DNA of 64,000 bases from NCBI GenBank assembly GCA_010405405.1, contig MU004240.1:1146882-1210881 (forward strand). Reading direction: 5' to 3'. Source of the stretch: Microthyrium microscopicum (Eukaryota). A program made the position numbers and the translations under genes. The notes under the pieces were generated by a model. That model was not told where the DNA came from. It saw nothing but the letters and a program-made list of their open reading frames with translations, and did no database searches. Below, one piece after another: positions 62,535-64,000 of this stretch (positions are counted from its first letter, which is position 1; each line of letters starts with the position of its first letter).

Positions 62535-64000
62535 AACCTTCAAAGCCGTATATAGTCAAGGGTAGGAATAGAATCGCGCAAACTTGCCCGAGAAGGAAGT
62601 TCAAAAGGCGAGAGATCGCTGCGAGGTTAGGATTCGGGAAGATTGGCGATCAAGTGGGTCCCAATCTAGGCTACCCTGAGGGTCAAAAAGTCTCCTGAGA
62701 ACAATGAGAGTAAGTTGAAGATGCGTAGACCTGGAAAAGTCGAGAAGAATAGCGGAACACTCTGAGACAGCTGGAGAAGGGGAAGATTTCAGAAAACGTA
62801 GACATTGACGACAAGCACAAGAAGAGGCAAATGCACGATTGACCTCGACAAGCTGCACGATTGAATGTCAGAAACACGACCATGGCTCAAAAGGGATTTG
62901 CTAACGCAGCTGGCGTCCTGCAAAGGCTGCAAAGGCGCGCGAACTGTCAAATCCACAGCAATTCTGCTGGAATCTGCTTGTTGGTTGTTCAGCCTGGCGG
63001 CCCGCGCGCCGCGCCAGATCAGCCATCGCCAGCCATCGGTTGATTGAGGCTCGCTGATTGACCACTCACACCTGCCTTTTTATGGTGGAGAACAACCGGG
63101 CCTGCTTGCAATTTTCCGAATTCGGTGAGACCCTGGTTGACGATTGGAAGCTCTGACGCCCCTTTGGGCTGGAGCGCACGCTCGGCTTATCAAGTACGGG
63201 CCTATTAATGATCTGTTTCACGTCCCTTTTCTACGGAAACTGGCGTCGAAGATATCGGGAAACCACTTGACCGCCTGGGGTCTTTGGTTGACAACTTGGC
63301 GCTGTCATGGCAAGGTGTCAAACTCGAGTGGAGTTTAAGCAGACTGACCGTAACAAAAGTTCGGTCACGTTCTTAAGCTTTGGAAACTGGGGGGCCGGCA
63401 CACGACAAATTCTCAGAATTTAGTCTTGCATTAGGTTCGGTAAGGAAAGTATTGGTCTCGTGAATAGGCACAGGTTTTTAGAAACTAAAGGATCTTGGGA
63501 TCTTCGGGAATCGTGGGGTGGACTACCGAAGGCTTGCAGAGCAATTTCTTTCTACGCCAAATATCGGACTATTGATTTCGAACAGGCCACGATACAAGAA
63601 ACTTGGAAGCAGGTCAAATTTCTGTAAGTTTGAACTTGAAGGCGGCTAAAGACTTGTTGAAGTTGTTGTGGATGAAAAAATTGACGCGCGCAGTTGTTGT
63701 GGTAAAAGCGCAATCTGTAGATCATGGGGTTCTGATATTAGGATCTCTGTAGTCTTGACCAGTAAGCCGCCCATGCGCGGCCTTGCCGTTGAAGTTGTGG
63801 CTTTCTTAAACGAGAAGAACAAAAAGAAGATGTTTCTGCGCTGGGACCTGGGCGCAGGGCTGAGACTCAATTCAGAGTGGGATGATGATTCTCGGTTGGG
63901 ATCTTTAATGCCAACAATTTCAGTTGACGAGACAGCATCAGTAAAAAATCAGATCATACGGTATTTTTATACAGGTTTCCCTCTTATTGTCATGCGATGG

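Overview
Gene-dense eukaryotic DNA from a filamentous ascomycete (Pezizomycotina-like, judged from short GT..AG introns with CTAAC/CTGAC branch sites and from the gene families present). About 24 protein-coding loci can be supported. Conserved genes: GUT2 (3' part), an RGS protein, RUS1/DUF647, MLH3, MBF1, TFB2, an S28 peptidase, NMD5-type importin, TatD, ARO2, TIF35/eIF3g, AKR1, a GH3 glycosidase, an E2 enzyme, a BTB protein, an NmrA-like protein and an F-box/LRR protein. Two accessory-looking patches interrupt them. The first (about 14-27 kb) holds an orphan with a split, degenerate PD-(D/E)XK-like fold, a frameshifted HET-domain gene, a double F-box-like gene and an RBR ligase. The second (about 42-47 kb) holds two F-box-like paralogs, one apparently broken, flanking an SRR1-domain gene. 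Other observations: Gcn4/CPC1 consensus sites upstream of both MBF1 and ARO2, a possible dual-start TatD, micro-exons, and repeated C-rich to G-rich switch points inside genes. I could not support any rRNA, tRNA, CRISPR or transposon. All family calls come from motif recognition by eye, not database searches.
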